From Tubulanus polymorphus (Eukaryota > Animalia > Nemertea): a stretch of DNA of 64,000 nucleotides. Location of the stretch: contig NC_134030.1 of assembly GCF_964204645.1 (NCBI RefSeq), forward strand, positions 21,598,210 to 21,662,209, given 5' to 3'. The translations under genes were made by a program, and so were the position numbers. Every line of letters begins with the position of its first letter. Positions within the stretch are counted from its first letter, which is position 1. The notes under the pieces are model-generated. The model had not been told where the DNA came from, made no database searches, and saw nothing but the letters and a program-made list of their open reading frames with translations. Of this stretch, positions 47,920 through 61,737 are shown piece after piece.

Positions 47920-48129
47920 CGATTGGTAGAACACTATATCCGTGTTGACGCGATGAGGAGAGAATCCCACAATGATAATAAAAAGTCCGAAAATGAAACT
48001 TCGAGATAGTAGTTTATTTCAACGTTTCGACTATATCCTAATAGTCATCTTCAGGAATAATGAGATACTACAGAAATTATGAGATATATATACAATCCTT
48101 TTTATTATCATTGTGGGATTCTCTCCTCA
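47920..48129. mobile_element. Penelope-like remnant with inverted repeat and 13-bp target duplication
   Basis: TTTACTAAAATCA at 47907-47919 and 48130-48142; inverted atgaggagagaatcccacaatgataataaaaa arms; hammerhead motif inside. Confidence 0.7.
48014..48060 (-). ncRNA. Minimal type I hammerhead ribozyme motif
   Basis: Minus strand reads TTC-CTGAAGA-T-GACTAT-taggat-ATAGTC-GAAAC-GTT-GAA. Confidence 0.62.
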
Positions 48130-49111
48130 TTTACTAAAATCAATCCATTCTCAACTGCGTATGAAGAATATATATATCGGGATATATCATCATGTAGGTC
48201 CCATCACAGAGACTTAAAGAAGCGATTGATTTGATTCAGAAAATTGAGTAATTATTCGGTATTTAGTGATTTCATTTCGTCAAAACCGGGTCCAGCTCGC
48301 AAAACATCGTCATCGTTGATTGGACGCATAATTAGTGATTCTCAACGGTGAATGGCTAACTGATACAAAATCTGCATATCTAAGTGAATAGCTAAACTGG
48401 TTAGAACCGGTTTAAGCGCGCATCACGTGACCTCGTATTGGCCGAGAACAAATGAATGACATCGGACATATTTCACGAGACTATTGATTAATCATCTACT
48501 TCTGAAGGTCACTAGAATCATTGTCCATATCAGAATCTTATCAAAACTATACAAACTTATTTCATGCAGAAAAAACTCACAAATTTATCAGAATTAAATT
48601 GTTTCAATTCATATCCCCTGTAAAACTAGGCGTTTTTTACAACTACAAATGATTATTCTGCGGATTTTGAACCATCCATTCAAACTGAATTTGAATTTTT
48701 TAACGTCGAAGTTAAATGTTTGAAGACGAGTGACTGGCTGAGAAAATTAACCGAAGTCTTACACCTCAACCACCACACTTTTCGATAGCTCAGTTGCTGG
48801 GTCAGAGGTCACAGCTTCCATTTCCAAGGATAGTTCTTTATTTCACAGCAACTAAAGGGGTCTATTTCACACCAAACTATACTGAGAAATATTGAAAACT
48901 ACATATATGAAGATTTCGGATCCAGGAAATGAAATCGTTTCTCAACCGACTTTTCAATACGATAGCTCAGTTTTCGGCCAAAGGCACCCTCAATTTTGTA
49001 AAAAAAACAATATTTCTTAACTAGACGCAAGCAGTGTTCCAAAACAAAAACGCATGCCTAGATATTGCCAAACGCTGACGCCAACCCTATGTCGGCTGTA
49101 ACTCTAATCCT

Positions 49112-49180
49112 AGCCAAGACGCGAACCCGGGACCGCCTTCTTGACAGCCGAACATGCGAACCACTAGACCATACACCAGT
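49112..49180 (-). pseudogene. tRNA-like (GTC/Asp-type loop) SINE head or tRNA pseudogene
   Basis: A box TGGTCTAGTGG, loop CTGTCAA, degenerate B box GGTTCGCGTCT; acceptor stem does not pair. Confidence 0.6.
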
Positions 49181-49296
49181 AGTGACAATCAGATTTTGTA
49201 AGTTCGTCTGGTTAGTGTGGTGACTGGTGACCACTCAGTTGTGGTGACAGTGACCAGTCAGGCGTGGATACTCTTTTCAAATCTTGGCATTTCAAA

Positions 49297-49444
49297 GGAT
49301 AAACTGATTCCACATCGTGTAATTTGTGTGAATTAATAAACAAAATTCATTGAATGATAAAACATTATTCTGTAGTTTATTTCATGACTCTTTTTTATGG
49401 CCACTGATTGGCGACCTGTGGAATGGAGCCAAATTTGGATGGGT
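49297..49444 (+). pseudogene. Orphan inverted copy of the peptide gene's 3' UTR/poly(A) region
   Basis: Reverse complement of about 17415-17562 with two mismatches seen; includes AATAAA; no peptide CDS upstream. Confidence 0.8.
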
Positions 49445-50014
49445 ACCCAAGACAAACCCTGGCCGCAAAGCCTCCTTGATTTCTTTGGCGGACAGGTTAA
49501 CGCTCAGCGGTCACCAGTCTATACTTCTAGCCAATCAGATACGTTGTTTTGCTAGCAGGTTTTCTTTATCAATAGCACGTCTCATCTGATTGGTTAAAAA
49601 TTCAAATTCCACGATTGAGAGTATAAGATATCCTCGGTGAGGACTGTTTCTTATGAAGAGGTTCCATGTGCCAATCGTCACTAGCAAGAACAACAAGACA
49701 TCAAATATTCAAATTCCCTGATTGAATTATAAGATATCCCCAGTGAGGGCTTCTTCTTATCAAGAGGTTCCTTGTGCCAATCGTCACCAGCAAGAACAAC
49801 ATGACATCAAATATTCAAATTCTCTGACTTTCAACAAACCTGTCAGAATTCCCCGAATTTGCCTGCGGGGAAAATCAAATATGGAATTCCCCGAGCTTCA
49901 AGAACCATCGGAAAATAAGTTTTCAACTAAAGAATCGACTCATAATTTCAATAATAATAATTTTAATATCATTATCACTTTAAATAATAATCAACAAACT
50001 TGACAACAACTAAT

Positions 50015-50128
<114 letters not shown>

Positions 50129-50394
50129 TTAATCATAATAGCATCGGTCGACTAATTCGTTCTGATTATTTTAATTAATGCCATCTTTATGAGATTAAAC
50201 TGTCCAGCAGCTAAAAAACAAAATCACGCTCTTCGGAAAATTCATGATATTTTTCAGGCAGAAGTATATTCGAACTAAAAAGTTGAATTCGGGGTTGGCG
50301 TGATATCTGTTGAGACAATGACTGATAATATTTGAGATCTAAAACCAAGGACCAGTTACACAGAGCATAGATTTACGTTTAAGACCGTAAACAG

Positions 50395-50865
50395 CTTTCA
50401 AAAACTGATCATCCACACTTCACATGTGTTCAATGCTTCATCTGAGACATTTCTAACTGAAAATGAACTACAAACACCAGATATTAGACATTTTAACAGC
50501 ACACTTTCAAAAACTGATCATCCACACTTCACATGTGTTCAATGTTTCATCTGAGACATTTCTAACTGAAAATGAACTACAAACACCTGACATTTTATCA
50601 GCTCATTTTCAAAAACTGATCATCCACACTTCACATGTGTTCAGTGCTTCACCTGAGACATTTTTAATTGAAAATGAACTACAAACACCAGATATTAGAC
50701 ATTTTATCAGCACATTTTCAAAAACTGATCGTCCACACTTCACATGTGTTCATTGCTTCACCTGAGACATTTTTAATTGAAAATGAACTACAAACACCAA
50801 ATATTAGACATTTTATCAGCACATTTTCAAAAACTGATCGTCCACACACTTCACATGTGTTCATT
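50395..50865. repeat. ~109-bp tandem repeat, second array
   Basis: Same unit as 13970-14405. Confidence 0.92.
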
Positions 50866-52156
50866 ACTACAGACTTCTCAACACTCTAGCTGCAGATTAA
50901 TATCTACTGTGTAACTGGACCCTGAGGTTGATTTAAACCACTGATGAAACTCAGTGAAATAATAATCATCACAGTTATTCATTTCACTAATTCACTATTC
51001 ATCTCTTGACAGTAAAATGCAATTCAAATCTTCATTTCAAAATCGCAATTTTTGCCAGCATCAGAATTTCTTCATCTGAGAATTTTTATTGTCAGGCAAA
51101 AAAAAAACTAACAATTTTCTCTTTTATGAATATATGTGATGTAACAGGAATGTAATTTTCAGTATTTTCTAAGACCAGTCTAAACTCAGTTTGGTTCTAT
51201 AATCAATCTATCAACTTAAGACCGGTCTTAGCTCATTTTGGTTCCAAAACCAATCTAACAACTTGAGATCAGTCTAAGCTTATTTGATTCTATAACCAAT
51301 CTTAAAACTTAAGACCAGTCTAAGCTTATTTCAGTTCAATAGCCAATCTAACCACTTTAGACCAGTCTAAGCTCATTTTGGTTCTACAACCAATCAACCA
51401 ATTTTAAGTACAACATATCTTAAATATCTTGGGAGACAGTCCCCGACACACATGCGCATTTGTTCCTTGCACGGCTAAAAATATCACAAACAAATTCATA
51501 CTTTAAAACATATTTTCTACAGTTAAATAAATAAATATAAAGATTGTCTTTTAATTAATAAACAATTGATTGATAATTCAGTGGAAATGCAATTAAATAC
51601 ATAGTAGTAGTAAGTACATAGTAGACTGTGCTATACCCAGCGCCAGATCAACTCAAGTGCAAGCTTGAAATGGTGCATTTTTCAAAGACGCCTTCAGGCA
51701 AGCCTTTTGAGTTCTTCAATTCTCTACTCCTCAGTGGCCTTAACGCAAGCGAGTTCCCCGATTCTCAAATGGAATGAAATATTCGCGCAAGGCACCTACA
51801 GATCAGTCATTCCTGGTTTTTTAACGAGGGTTAAAGTAGCAAATTTCATATTTCAAGGAAGCGTCTGCATCACTTTCATAACCCAAATAACTGCAGACTA
51901 CTCCTAAATCAGTTTATATCTCAGTAAACTGTTAATAATTCTGTCGTTTTGTAAACAAATTTCGATTTGCCAAAAATCGGGCGAAGAAAAAATCCTCTCC
52001 TGTAAAACTAAAAACATTTCATCGCCTACTTCTCGAAATTGAAGGAGTTTTAGAAGATTTTCAGCCTTTTGCCCAAATCAAAGGAGTTTCGAGCACGTTC
52101 AAAAAGAATTTTCAGTTTAGAAGGAGTTTTTAAGGAATCGAGGAGTCGTAGGGACC

Positions 52157-52260
52157 CGTAGGGACCCTGTCACAGCAGTCCCCGTAGGGACCCTGTCACA
52201 GCAGTCCCCGTAGGGACCCTGTCACAGCAGTCCCCGTAGGGACCCTGTCACAGCAGTCCC
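52157..52260. repeat. 26-bp tandem repeat x4
   Basis: cgtagggaccctgtcacagcagtccc. Confidence 0.95.
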
Positions 52261-52646
52261 GATGCCACCGAGTACAGCAGAGTCTACCATCACCTCCTAC
52301 TCATAAATATTCACGAATCCGCAGTTATTCGTATAAAAGCTGTGGCGTCAATACATTTTTTTTTCACTTTTCGGGAGTAAATTATCAAATTTCGATACAA
52401 AACGAAAAAAGCCTCCAAAAAAGTTATAATAAATACAAATCGCCGTTGATAAGTTGGATGATATATGTGTATATCGATTGTTATGTTTTGAAACGATGCC
52501 GTCCTTCCCCCCATGATGTCATACTACGCTTAATTTCAACTCTAACTCAAATCGACTTGATCCCAGTCGAAAAAATATCCGATTGTTCTAAATCTTGAAT
52601 ATAAAGTGTCAAGTTTTTTTTTCAAGAATTTTGAAATATTTCTTAA

Positions 52647-52939
52647 CCCTTCCAGTGCTGACTAATTAATACCCTAAAGTGCTGGAGATAATTTGAACAT
52701 TTTGAAAAATTCCACCGTAGTTGAATGACGGGAATACCGCTATAATGCTTCTACACCGCAGTGCGATGTATCGTTAGTCACTTATATTTAAATTCGTTTG
52801 ACAGGCGCTGCCATCTTTTGCCATCTTTAAGTATAGATAACGAAACATTACTGACAACATCAATGGATGTGATGCGGTGTACTAGCAAAGTCAATCACTG
52901 ATTTATACACCGCACTGCGGTGTAGACACACTGAAAGGA
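52647..52939 (-). mobile_element. Diverged, inverted copy of the piggyBac-like MITE
   Basis: TTAA|CCCTTCCAGTGC...CACTGAAAGGA|TTAA; interior is the reverse complement of 16284-16570. Confidence 0.85.
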
Positions 52940-53673
52940 TTAAGAAATACACACGTAAACCCTCTCCCCCTGTATCCTATGTATTAGGTGTATCGGATCT
53001 AATAATGGTCAACTTTCCCCTAGTTTTAGTAGTAAATACCTGATATAGGTCTTAATAGGACCAGCGCAGACGGACGTCCGAACTAAAACATCCTTCAATA
53101 CGGTGTAAAATGGATTAAAAATCGAAGTTATAGTTCAACTGCTCGTTCTTTCTGGACCTATGTACCACCAAAACTGACTGAGCAAGGCCATCTCCATCCG
53201 CCCCCTCCCTCAAGCTAAGTAGCAATAGACATTAGCAAATTACGCGGCCTCGTGCCACACCACTCAACATAAGATATGAATTTCAATAACTAAGGAAAAT
53301 CACTTAAATACACCATCACTCAATAAAATCTCTGCGGTTACTGCCTTGACTGGCGGAGGTAGAATCCATTTCGACCTACCATAGATTGAAAATCCTCTCA
53401 ATCGCCAGAGCAGGAACTCTCTCAAATGGTGATATTTTGAACTCGCAAAAATCCTCAATCGCCAGAGCTGGAATCATCAGAAGCCAACATTTCGTACTCG
53501 TAAAAATCCTCGTTCCTCAATCGCAAGAGCAGGAATTCCCAAATGGCATTGTTTCGGACTTACAAAAATCCTCCATAGCCAGAGCAGGAATCTTCAACTG
53601 TCGCTAGATGAAAGAACCTCAACTGCTCCAGAGCAGGAATTCTCAGATGGCAATTTTTCAAACTGATAAAACT

Positions 53674-56600
53674 CTAAACTAAACACGGTTGTTGACTGTG
53701 ATTGTTCATGCGTTGTTTCTCATCTTGTTCTTGCTCTTCGCGGATTTCTTGACGCCGCGCCTCCCAGCGCGCGATCCGCCGCAACGGGAAACAGATGACG
53801 CCGGCGACGACCAGCACACCGCCGGCCATGTAGAACGAGTAGTCGTAGTTACCGGTCGCGTCGAACAACGAACCTGAAATAAATAACAATAATAAATACA
53901 GCTGCAAAGCAGCGATAATGGGTTTTCTGCAAAGCGGCGATAATGGGTTTTCTGCAAAGCAGCGATAATGGGTTTTCTGCAAAGCAGCGATAATGGGTTT
54001 TCTGTCTAGCAACATCCTTAATGATGATAGTAGTAATAATAACAATCAATATAGCTGCAAAGCAGCAATAATGGGTTTTCTGTCTAGCAACATCCTGAAT
54101 GATGATAGTAATAATAATAACAATCAATATAGCTGCAAAGCAGCGATAATGGGTTTTCTGTCTAGCAACATCCTTAATGATGATAAGGCTAAACAACTCA
54201 GTTAACTAAATAGATTGCATGACATATAATACGCAATTTTAAACGGGCTGAGAATGAATGCTGCTGTATTTTAAAAGAAAATTTTAAAACCGATCATGGA
54301 AATGTATTTTTCGAGGTTGTCCAATCGCATCGCCCTTGTCCCTTCCTTCCCCCCGCGGGTACGTACCGGCTATCGGGGCTCCGATGAACGTGGACAGACC
54401 TTGACACAGAGTGACCAAACCAAACGCGCTTGTTAGTTTCTCGAGACCCATCAGTTCAACCATAATTATCGATCTCAACGACACAAACGCAGCTGAAAAC
54501 ACAAATACAACATTCAATTTTTCAATGTTAAAAAAACCGAATGAACAGAACTTTATACGAGAAAATATGTTTTCTTTACATTACGCTAGCGAGCGTATCA
54601 AAAATGCAGTACCGGCACACACTACTAGATGGCGTGACTTAACAGGCAGTTTTAAACACAGCAACACCTTGTGGACGTTCACTTGCCACAAGTGGAATCC
54701 TCTATTGCAGCAGAAGTTGATGACCTACTGCACACTAGCGACACCTGGTGGATGCTCACTTGCGACAAGTGGAATCCTCTATTGCAGCAGTAGTTGATGT
54801 CCTACTGCACACTAGCGACACCTGGTGGATCCTCACTAGCCACAAGTGGCATCTTCTATTGCAGCAGTAGTTAATGATCTACTACACACAAGCGACACCT
54901 GGTGGGCGAGATACTTACCGATGCACATTCCGAAGACACAAGCATACACGGTCAGTAACGGGTAATTAACGCAGAACGGAACGAGAACGGTAGCGACGCC
55001 ACCTATTACCAGCGCGACGTTATTAATCAGCAGACAATCGGCCCACGGTTGATCGGATACCCAGCCGCTGACGACCCGCCCGACCGTGTTCGTGATACCG
55101 AGTATCGACAGCAGGAAAGCCGCCCGTTCGGTATCGATCTCCAGTTGCTTAGCGACGGCGGGCAGGAAAATAAACGGCACAAAGAAACCTGCAAGTAACC
55201 GAAAAGATCTTTTATATTCAGTATATTCATTAAGAAATACGGATTCCGAAAATGTGCTAAATTTCTAAGGGGATAATCCTCCATTTAACAAATCTGTTTC
55301 AGCACATATTGCGATGACCTCAACAGAACGACCGGGATCCTAGAATCTTATGACCCTAGCATCCTTCCCTGTGTCCCTCTGCCTCTTTTAACTCCACAAA
55401 AATTTCACCCTCTCCACAGGCGGCCACCCTTTCACTTTTTGCATCCAATGCTCTCAAAATCAGCCGCTCATTACGATATCTGCTGTACTACTACACATCA
55501 AAGTCGATTATTGCTATGGAGAGGATAGCAGCGATATCACACGTAAAACACTGGACTGCACCAAAATTCAGCTTAATTTTCGAGTCGCTTCGACTTTTCA
55601 GCAACCACTATCAGGACAGCCACATTCATTCGACTTGTTTTTACCCTGACTATTCCATGACATGGAGCATTGTTTTCCCTGACTTTATCTTTATCTGCTA
55701 AGAATTCAATCAATTAAAACAATCAAATACCGTTTACGTAACACATATGGAAACTCTTTGATTTTACGCACAATCTACAAACAAGTTTTCCAACAAATAA
55801 ACACTTTTCTCCCAATATAACTTTTCCTTGATTTTGATCATTTTCTACAAAATTCCCCGACTCTTTTGAAGAAAAGAAAATTCCCCGATAATCAGGTAAG
55901 TGGCAACCCTGACTACGTTATACATCTGCTAAAGAATGACGGCAACCGTAGCTAACAACTTACCGATCATACAGAGAAAACAGCACAATCCGTAAACGAG
56001 AAACGTCAAACTGGCGAGTAAACTAAAATCGAACATTCCCGCGAACATCGCTTTAACGGCCCTGCACCGACCGGCTGGTTCCGACGTACCGTCGACGGAC
56101 TCATCCAGCGCCAAGTCCGGTATCGTAGTGATACTGCGCACGTACGACTCGACGTCCGGCTGCGCCTGGAACTCGGGCAGACGACTGACCGAGCCGGCGT
56201 AGAATATATCGCGACGGTACAGAGGGCGCCGCATGTCGAGTTCGATGCGCTCGATGTCACGGCACGAGCGATGCGAGTGAATCCAAACGTCGTCGCAACT
56301 ACGAAACAACAAACAGTGATCGGCCGCGCTCGCCGCAGCCTGCCCCGGCGCCGACGCCTTCTCGTTCTCCGATACGGCGCGTACGCGACATCTCCGGCGC
56401 GTCGACGCCACCGCCGGCGGCTGTTTACCGTCCACCATATCCCCGGCGCTCAAGAATAGTTTATTCGCGCTGCCCGAGGTGGCGCTACCACCCAATTCTT
56501 CTTTAATGCGCGTCAGAAGCGGGTTTTTCGGCGCCGAGAGACGATTCGCGTCTTTGTTGAAGTCGTCGTTTGTTTCGACAAATGCTTCTAATGGGAACAT

Positions 56601-59307
56601 GGCTCCATCTGGTGACGGGAACGTGGCATCATCCGATGACGGGAACGCTCCGCCGTCTGCTATCGGAAAGGCAACTCCGTCACCGTCATCTTGATGGTGC
56701 GGGCTACAATCGGGTGTCGAATCGCCCGCTACCGAATTTGGCACGTAGATTATCTTACCCTCGCCCGCGTCCAGCTCGGGCGAACTCGGGCTCGACGACG
56801 TCGGCGACTCGACGCCCGCGACGGGCACGTCCGGGCCCGGCTCGAGCGGGCGGAACAACGCGCCGGCGACGCAGCCGTTCAACACGACGCCCGCCACGAT
56901 CCAGGTGGCGCCCTTCCAGTTGTATTCGTCGAGCAGATACTTGACGAGCGGCGCGAAGATGAAGACGCCGATACCGGAGCCGCAGACGGCGATACCGGTC
57001 GCGAGCGCTCGACGCTTCTCGAAATAAAACCCGACCATCACGATCGAGGGCAGATACATCAAACCAAATCCAAAACCTACGAAAAAAACAAAAAACAGAA
57101 AATCAGAAAGTGAACAGTCAGCGGTCTAGACCAGGGGCCGGTTCCATAGACAGGACTTAGACTTAAGACCAGTCTAAGACCAACTTAGTTTTATAGCCAA
57201 TCTAACAGCTTAAGACCAGTCTTAAGATTTAAGACCACTTTTGGACTTAAGTCTTGACTATGGAACCGGTCCCCTAGTAAGTGACTGCACCCTGTTGATA
57301 TTGACCAGTCTCAAATTCAAACCGGGTTGAATTGATAATTACCTAAGTCGCAATTCAGGTAATTAAGGGAATTAATAGCGACGTGTTGGGACAGCGGAAA
57401 AAAGTAAGGCAGTCTAGACCAGGGGCCAGTTGCATAGTCATGGCATAGACTTAAGACTAGTCTAAGACCAACTTAGTTCTATAACCAATCTAACAACTTA
57501 AGACCAGTCTTAAGATTTAAGACCAATTATGGACTTAAGTCACAACTGTGCAACTGGCCCCAGGGGCTTAGACTAAAGTCATGGCTTAGACTAAAGACCA
57601 CTCTATGACCAACTTAGTTCTATAGCCGATCTAACAACTTAAGACCAGTCTTAAGATTTAAGACCACTTTCGGACTTAAGTCACGACTGTGCAACTGGCC
57701 TATGGGTCCTTTCAGATGGGTCATCCCTGGAGGAGGTCCTAACTGTACTGATTCATTTTGAGCATACAACTTAAATTTCTTATCGCCAATTTCTCAAAAA
57801 TTGAACGAGTTTTAAAGATGTTTCAGGCATTTTGCTCAAATTAAAGGAGTTTCCTTTAAAAACGCATTTTCTATTTAGGAGTTTAAAGCTGTACGGTTCC
57901 ATAGTCGAGAGACTTCAGCTCAAAAGTGGTCTCGAATCTCAAGACTGGTCTTAAGTTGGTTGGTTATAGAACTTCGGTCTTTGATTGTTGTCAAGTCAAA
58001 AATTATTTTTTGAAATTTTGGGGGGCCCTAACGACCCCAGAATTACTAGATCATCAGAAACCATCGGAAGAGATCATCAGAGACCCTCTAGAAGTATGAA
58101 AACCCGTTATTTTTTTAAATTAAGTTAGCACAGGCTAGCGATTTGAAATTCATTAAGTTAGCACGCAAAGAGTTAAGTCATAATCATGGAACAGACATCA
58201 GACTTCAAAGATTCTTAATTCTCATATGAAAATCTTGCAGAAAATTTTCATGAATTTCAAAACTATTTTCAAGCACTCACCTCCTAAAGCGCCGTAAATA
58301 CAAATCAGAACGTCGATGTTCGGAGACAGCACGCTCAACGAGAATGCTAGCGACGCAACAATACTACCGACAATCGTTACCACGCGACAACCAAATTTAT
58401 TCGCCAGACCACTAACCACCGGACCTGCCAAAAAAAAATTATATCAACAATTCAACTCACTTACCAGGGATGCATTTTGAAATGAAGGGTTCAGTTTATC
58501 TCCAAAACTTGCAGTTAAAATTAGTTCATTTTCAAATCAAGACTCAAAGTTTGACTGGACTGCAATCGTAGAACTGGGTTCTGAACTGTGGAACTGGGTC
58601 CTGAACTGTAGAACTGGGTCCTGAACTGTGGAACTAGATACAGAACTGTGGAACTGGATTCACAACTGTGGAACTGGATACAGAACTATGTCCAAAACTG
58701 TGGAATTGGGTTCAGAACTGTATAGAACTGGGTTCAGAACTGTGGAACTGGGTTCAGAAATGTGAAACTGGATTCCGAAATGTGAAACTGGATTCAGAAC
58801 TGTGGAACTGGATACAGCACTGTGGAACTGGATACAAAACTGTGGAACTGGATACAGCACTGTGGAACTGGGTAGAGAACTGTGGAACTGGATCCTGAAC
58901 TGTGGAACTGGATACAGAACTATGTCCAAAACTGTGGAATTGGGTTCAGAACTGTATAGAACTGGGTTCAGAACTGTGGAACTGGGTTCAGAACTGTATA
59001 GAACTGGGTTCAGAAATGTGAGACTGGATCCTGAACTGTGTATAAAGTGATACTCACCCATAGATAAATACATTCCGTTTAACACAGATCCGACGATTGC
59101 TGTTTTACCCAAACTCTCTCCGTAATAATCAATAAATTCGATCATGAATAATCCGAATGAGAAGCAGACGCCGTCGACGAGAACGTTTACGAGAAACGAC
59201 GCGAACGCCACAACCCAACCCCACCCACCATCCGGTGGTATCGGTGGCGATGGTATAACCGGCGCGCCTTTCTTGTTGTGCGTACAGCTGGTGTTGTTCT
59301 CTGCCAT
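53674..59307 (-). CDS. Monocarboxylate transporter (SLC16/MCT family), exons 59307-59058, 58424-58281, 57076-55964, 55188-54919, 54492-54367, 53873-53674; ~700 aa
   Basis: [44 protein letters not shown], long central loop with [35 protein letters not shown]; all introns phase 1 GT-AG; total 2103 nt in frame. Confidence 0.95.
53900..54185. repeat. Intronic tandem repeat
   Basis: gcaaagcagcgataatgggttttct motif repeated. Confidence 0.88.
57423..57560. mobile_element. Harbinger-like MITE; sister copy at about 57134-57272
   Basis: CAG|GGGCCAGTTGCA...TGCAACTGGCCC|CAG, containing the ttaagaccagtctaag motif. Confidence 0.78.
58570..59040. repeat. 20-bp 'gaactgtggaactgg' minisatellite; further block at 59450-59930
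   Basis: Reverse complement of the ccagttccacagtt family. Confidence 0.92.
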
Positions 59308-60615
59308 CCTGGAATTAAAAAAAACGGGAAACAAATGATGATTATGTTTCATGTTAAAAAGACTTACCGGGTACTGTACATCGGTGCCAGTTTCTAGTTA
59401 CAGTTGAACTTCGTGTTCATTTCTGATGTTTTAATTGGAGTCAAATTTTGAACTGTGGAACTGGATCCAGAACTGTGGAACTGAGTCCTGTTCTGTGGAA
59501 CCGAGATCAGAACTGTGGAACTGAGTCCTGTTCTGTGGAACTGAGTTCAAAACTGTGGAACTGAGTCCTGTTAAGTGGAACTGAGTCCTGTTCTGTGGAA
59601 CTGAGTCCTGTTCAGTGGAACTGAGTCCTGTTCAGTGGAACTGAGTCCTGTTCTGTGGAACTGAGTTCAGAACTGTGGAACTGACTTCAATACTGTGGAA
59701 CTGAGTCCTGAACTGTGGAACTGACTTCAATACTGTGGAACTGAGTCCTGAACTGTGGAAGTGGATCCGGGATCTGGTTTCACAGTTGTGAGTTAGAGTT
59801 AACTTTTAGTTTAAGTTAGTGCATTTTCAATGTTTTATTTAACTCACAACTGTGGAACTGGACACTGGAGTCCAAACTGTGGAAATGGGTTCATAAAACT
59901 GTGGAACTAAATCCTGAACTGTGTAACTAGAACCAAAATTAAATAAGAGCGGTCTGAAAAGTACCTCCTGCATTTTAAGACAGCAAAAAATAAATGAAAC
60001 GACCAATTTTTTTATCATTGAATACCAATGAGTTCATCGAGATAAGAGCTAGGCCTATAGTATACATACATGGCCTAGATGTAGAGATAATAATTCGTGA
60101 CCTGCCGGTCTATAAGGGGGTCAAAGGTCTAAACTCCTAAATTCTTCCACTATGAAACTTGTGACATTTGGGTAGGCCTAATACCAGATCATCCCACAGG
60201 ACGGAGCCACCGGGCACTTGGAATTTTACAGACTTTATGCCAAGCGCAAAAGTATCAGGAGACTTTAGTGACAGGGCCTATACCCTAATCCCCTCACCAA
60301 GGGATCAGTTATTTAGATTTCAGACCAGTTTAAGCTCATTTCAGTTCTATGGCCACCGGCAACCTAATAACTTAAGACCAGTTTAAGCTCATCTTAGTTC
60401 TATAGTTAATCTAACAGCTAATCTGAAGGCCGCGAGCGGGTCCCCAAAGCTGCCTTGTCGAAACGGAAAAGTGTCAAACTTTGTTAGGTTTAGGGTTAGG
60501 CTTTCGATATGGTTAGGGTCTGGAGGTCTAGGGTCCGTTTTACAGCTAGGATGATAGGGTTAGGATTAGGATTAGGTTGCGAGTGCCGTAGTTAAAACAT
60601 TCCGTAGACTTCCAT

Positions 60616-60689
60616 GAGTGTCAGTGGTCTAGTGGAAAGAGGCTAGCAATATTCCGGCTCGGGTTCGAACTCTGTCCGCTCTATTTTTT
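60616..60689 (+). ncRNA. tRNA-like Pol III element, degenerate
   Basis: A box TGGTCTAGTGG, B box GGTTCGAACTC, terminal GAGTG/CGCTC pairing, followed by T6. Confidence 0.5.
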
Positions 60690-61408
60690 CTAACTCTGTT
60701 CTCCACACTTTCCTTGAATTTTCTAAGTGGCGCACCTCAGTGCGCATGCGCGGCGTAAATCAGCCAATCAGAGCGTACCATTATTAGCAAAATAGCATTA
60801 GGCCTATCAAGATCAGGAATAATGCCAAAATATTGGCAATCACCTTCCATATAGTAAGTTAAAATGAAAAAATTCAGTGAGTGATCTTTTATTAGCGCTT
60901 ACCTGGTTCTTCCTTCTCTGTTTCTTTTCTCAAATTAATTGCTCTTTCCGATCAGATCAGATTTTGGTCCACAGAGATAGGGTTGGGGTCCAAATTAGGT
61001 CCGACCAGCGCCGTGCTGCACGGCACAAATCACAATTCGATTTTCTTGGGCGAAGAACACAAAGAGGCCGGTCGGTGATGTTGGCCTAGAACTTGAAGAC
61101 AAGGGGACCAACCACGGCACCTGTCACTAGGGGGCGCCACGGGTTTAGGAATCCTTTGAGATTGAAAGTGTCATCTTCGTTCCGCCGTGACGATCTGAAC
61201 TGACTGACGACGCCTGTTGACCTGGTATGACCTGACCCGGTCGTCTACTAGTAGTGGTCAATCAGCTGTCATCCGGCTTCCCAGGGTCCCTATTAGGTGC
61301 TAATCAGCATAGTCAGGTTTAAAATCCCACCAGGTGGCGGTAACGCACGGAAATATAGACTGGTTACCGGTTTCTATCTCCCAGGCTACCAGTCTAATAT
61401 TTTATCAT

Positions 61409-61737
61409 AGGCGTTTTTACAAGCATTCGATTTTTGCGATCGATCGCAGAAACGCATTAACGAGCACCGATATTTCACGATCGGCGTTTTTACGAACACG
61501 ATTTTCGATCGATTTTTGCGATCGACCAACTCGCTCGGAGCGATTTGATTTCCAAGATGGCGGCACCGGTAGTTGACGTAGATGCAATCTTTTTCTCAAC
61601 GTCGCCATGTTTATGTCATGTGATTAGCCAAAACCATCGTCATTTTTACGAACGCTCGATTCGACCGCACGCGGCACGATCGGAGCAAATCGTTCACGAA
61701 ATCGATTACGAAAAATCGGATGCTCGTAAAAACGCCT
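61409..61737. mobile_element. MITE with long imperfect terminal inverted repeats
   Basis: AGGCGTTTTTACAAGCATTCGATTTTT mirrored by AAAAATCGGATGCTCGTAAAAACGCCT. Confidence 0.8.

Noticed and set aside
49112-49180. Functional tRNA-Asp
   Set aside because: Acceptor stem unpaired and T-loop non-canonical
60485-60576. Interstitial telomere
   Set aside because: Only scattered TTAGGG/TTAGG units, no true array
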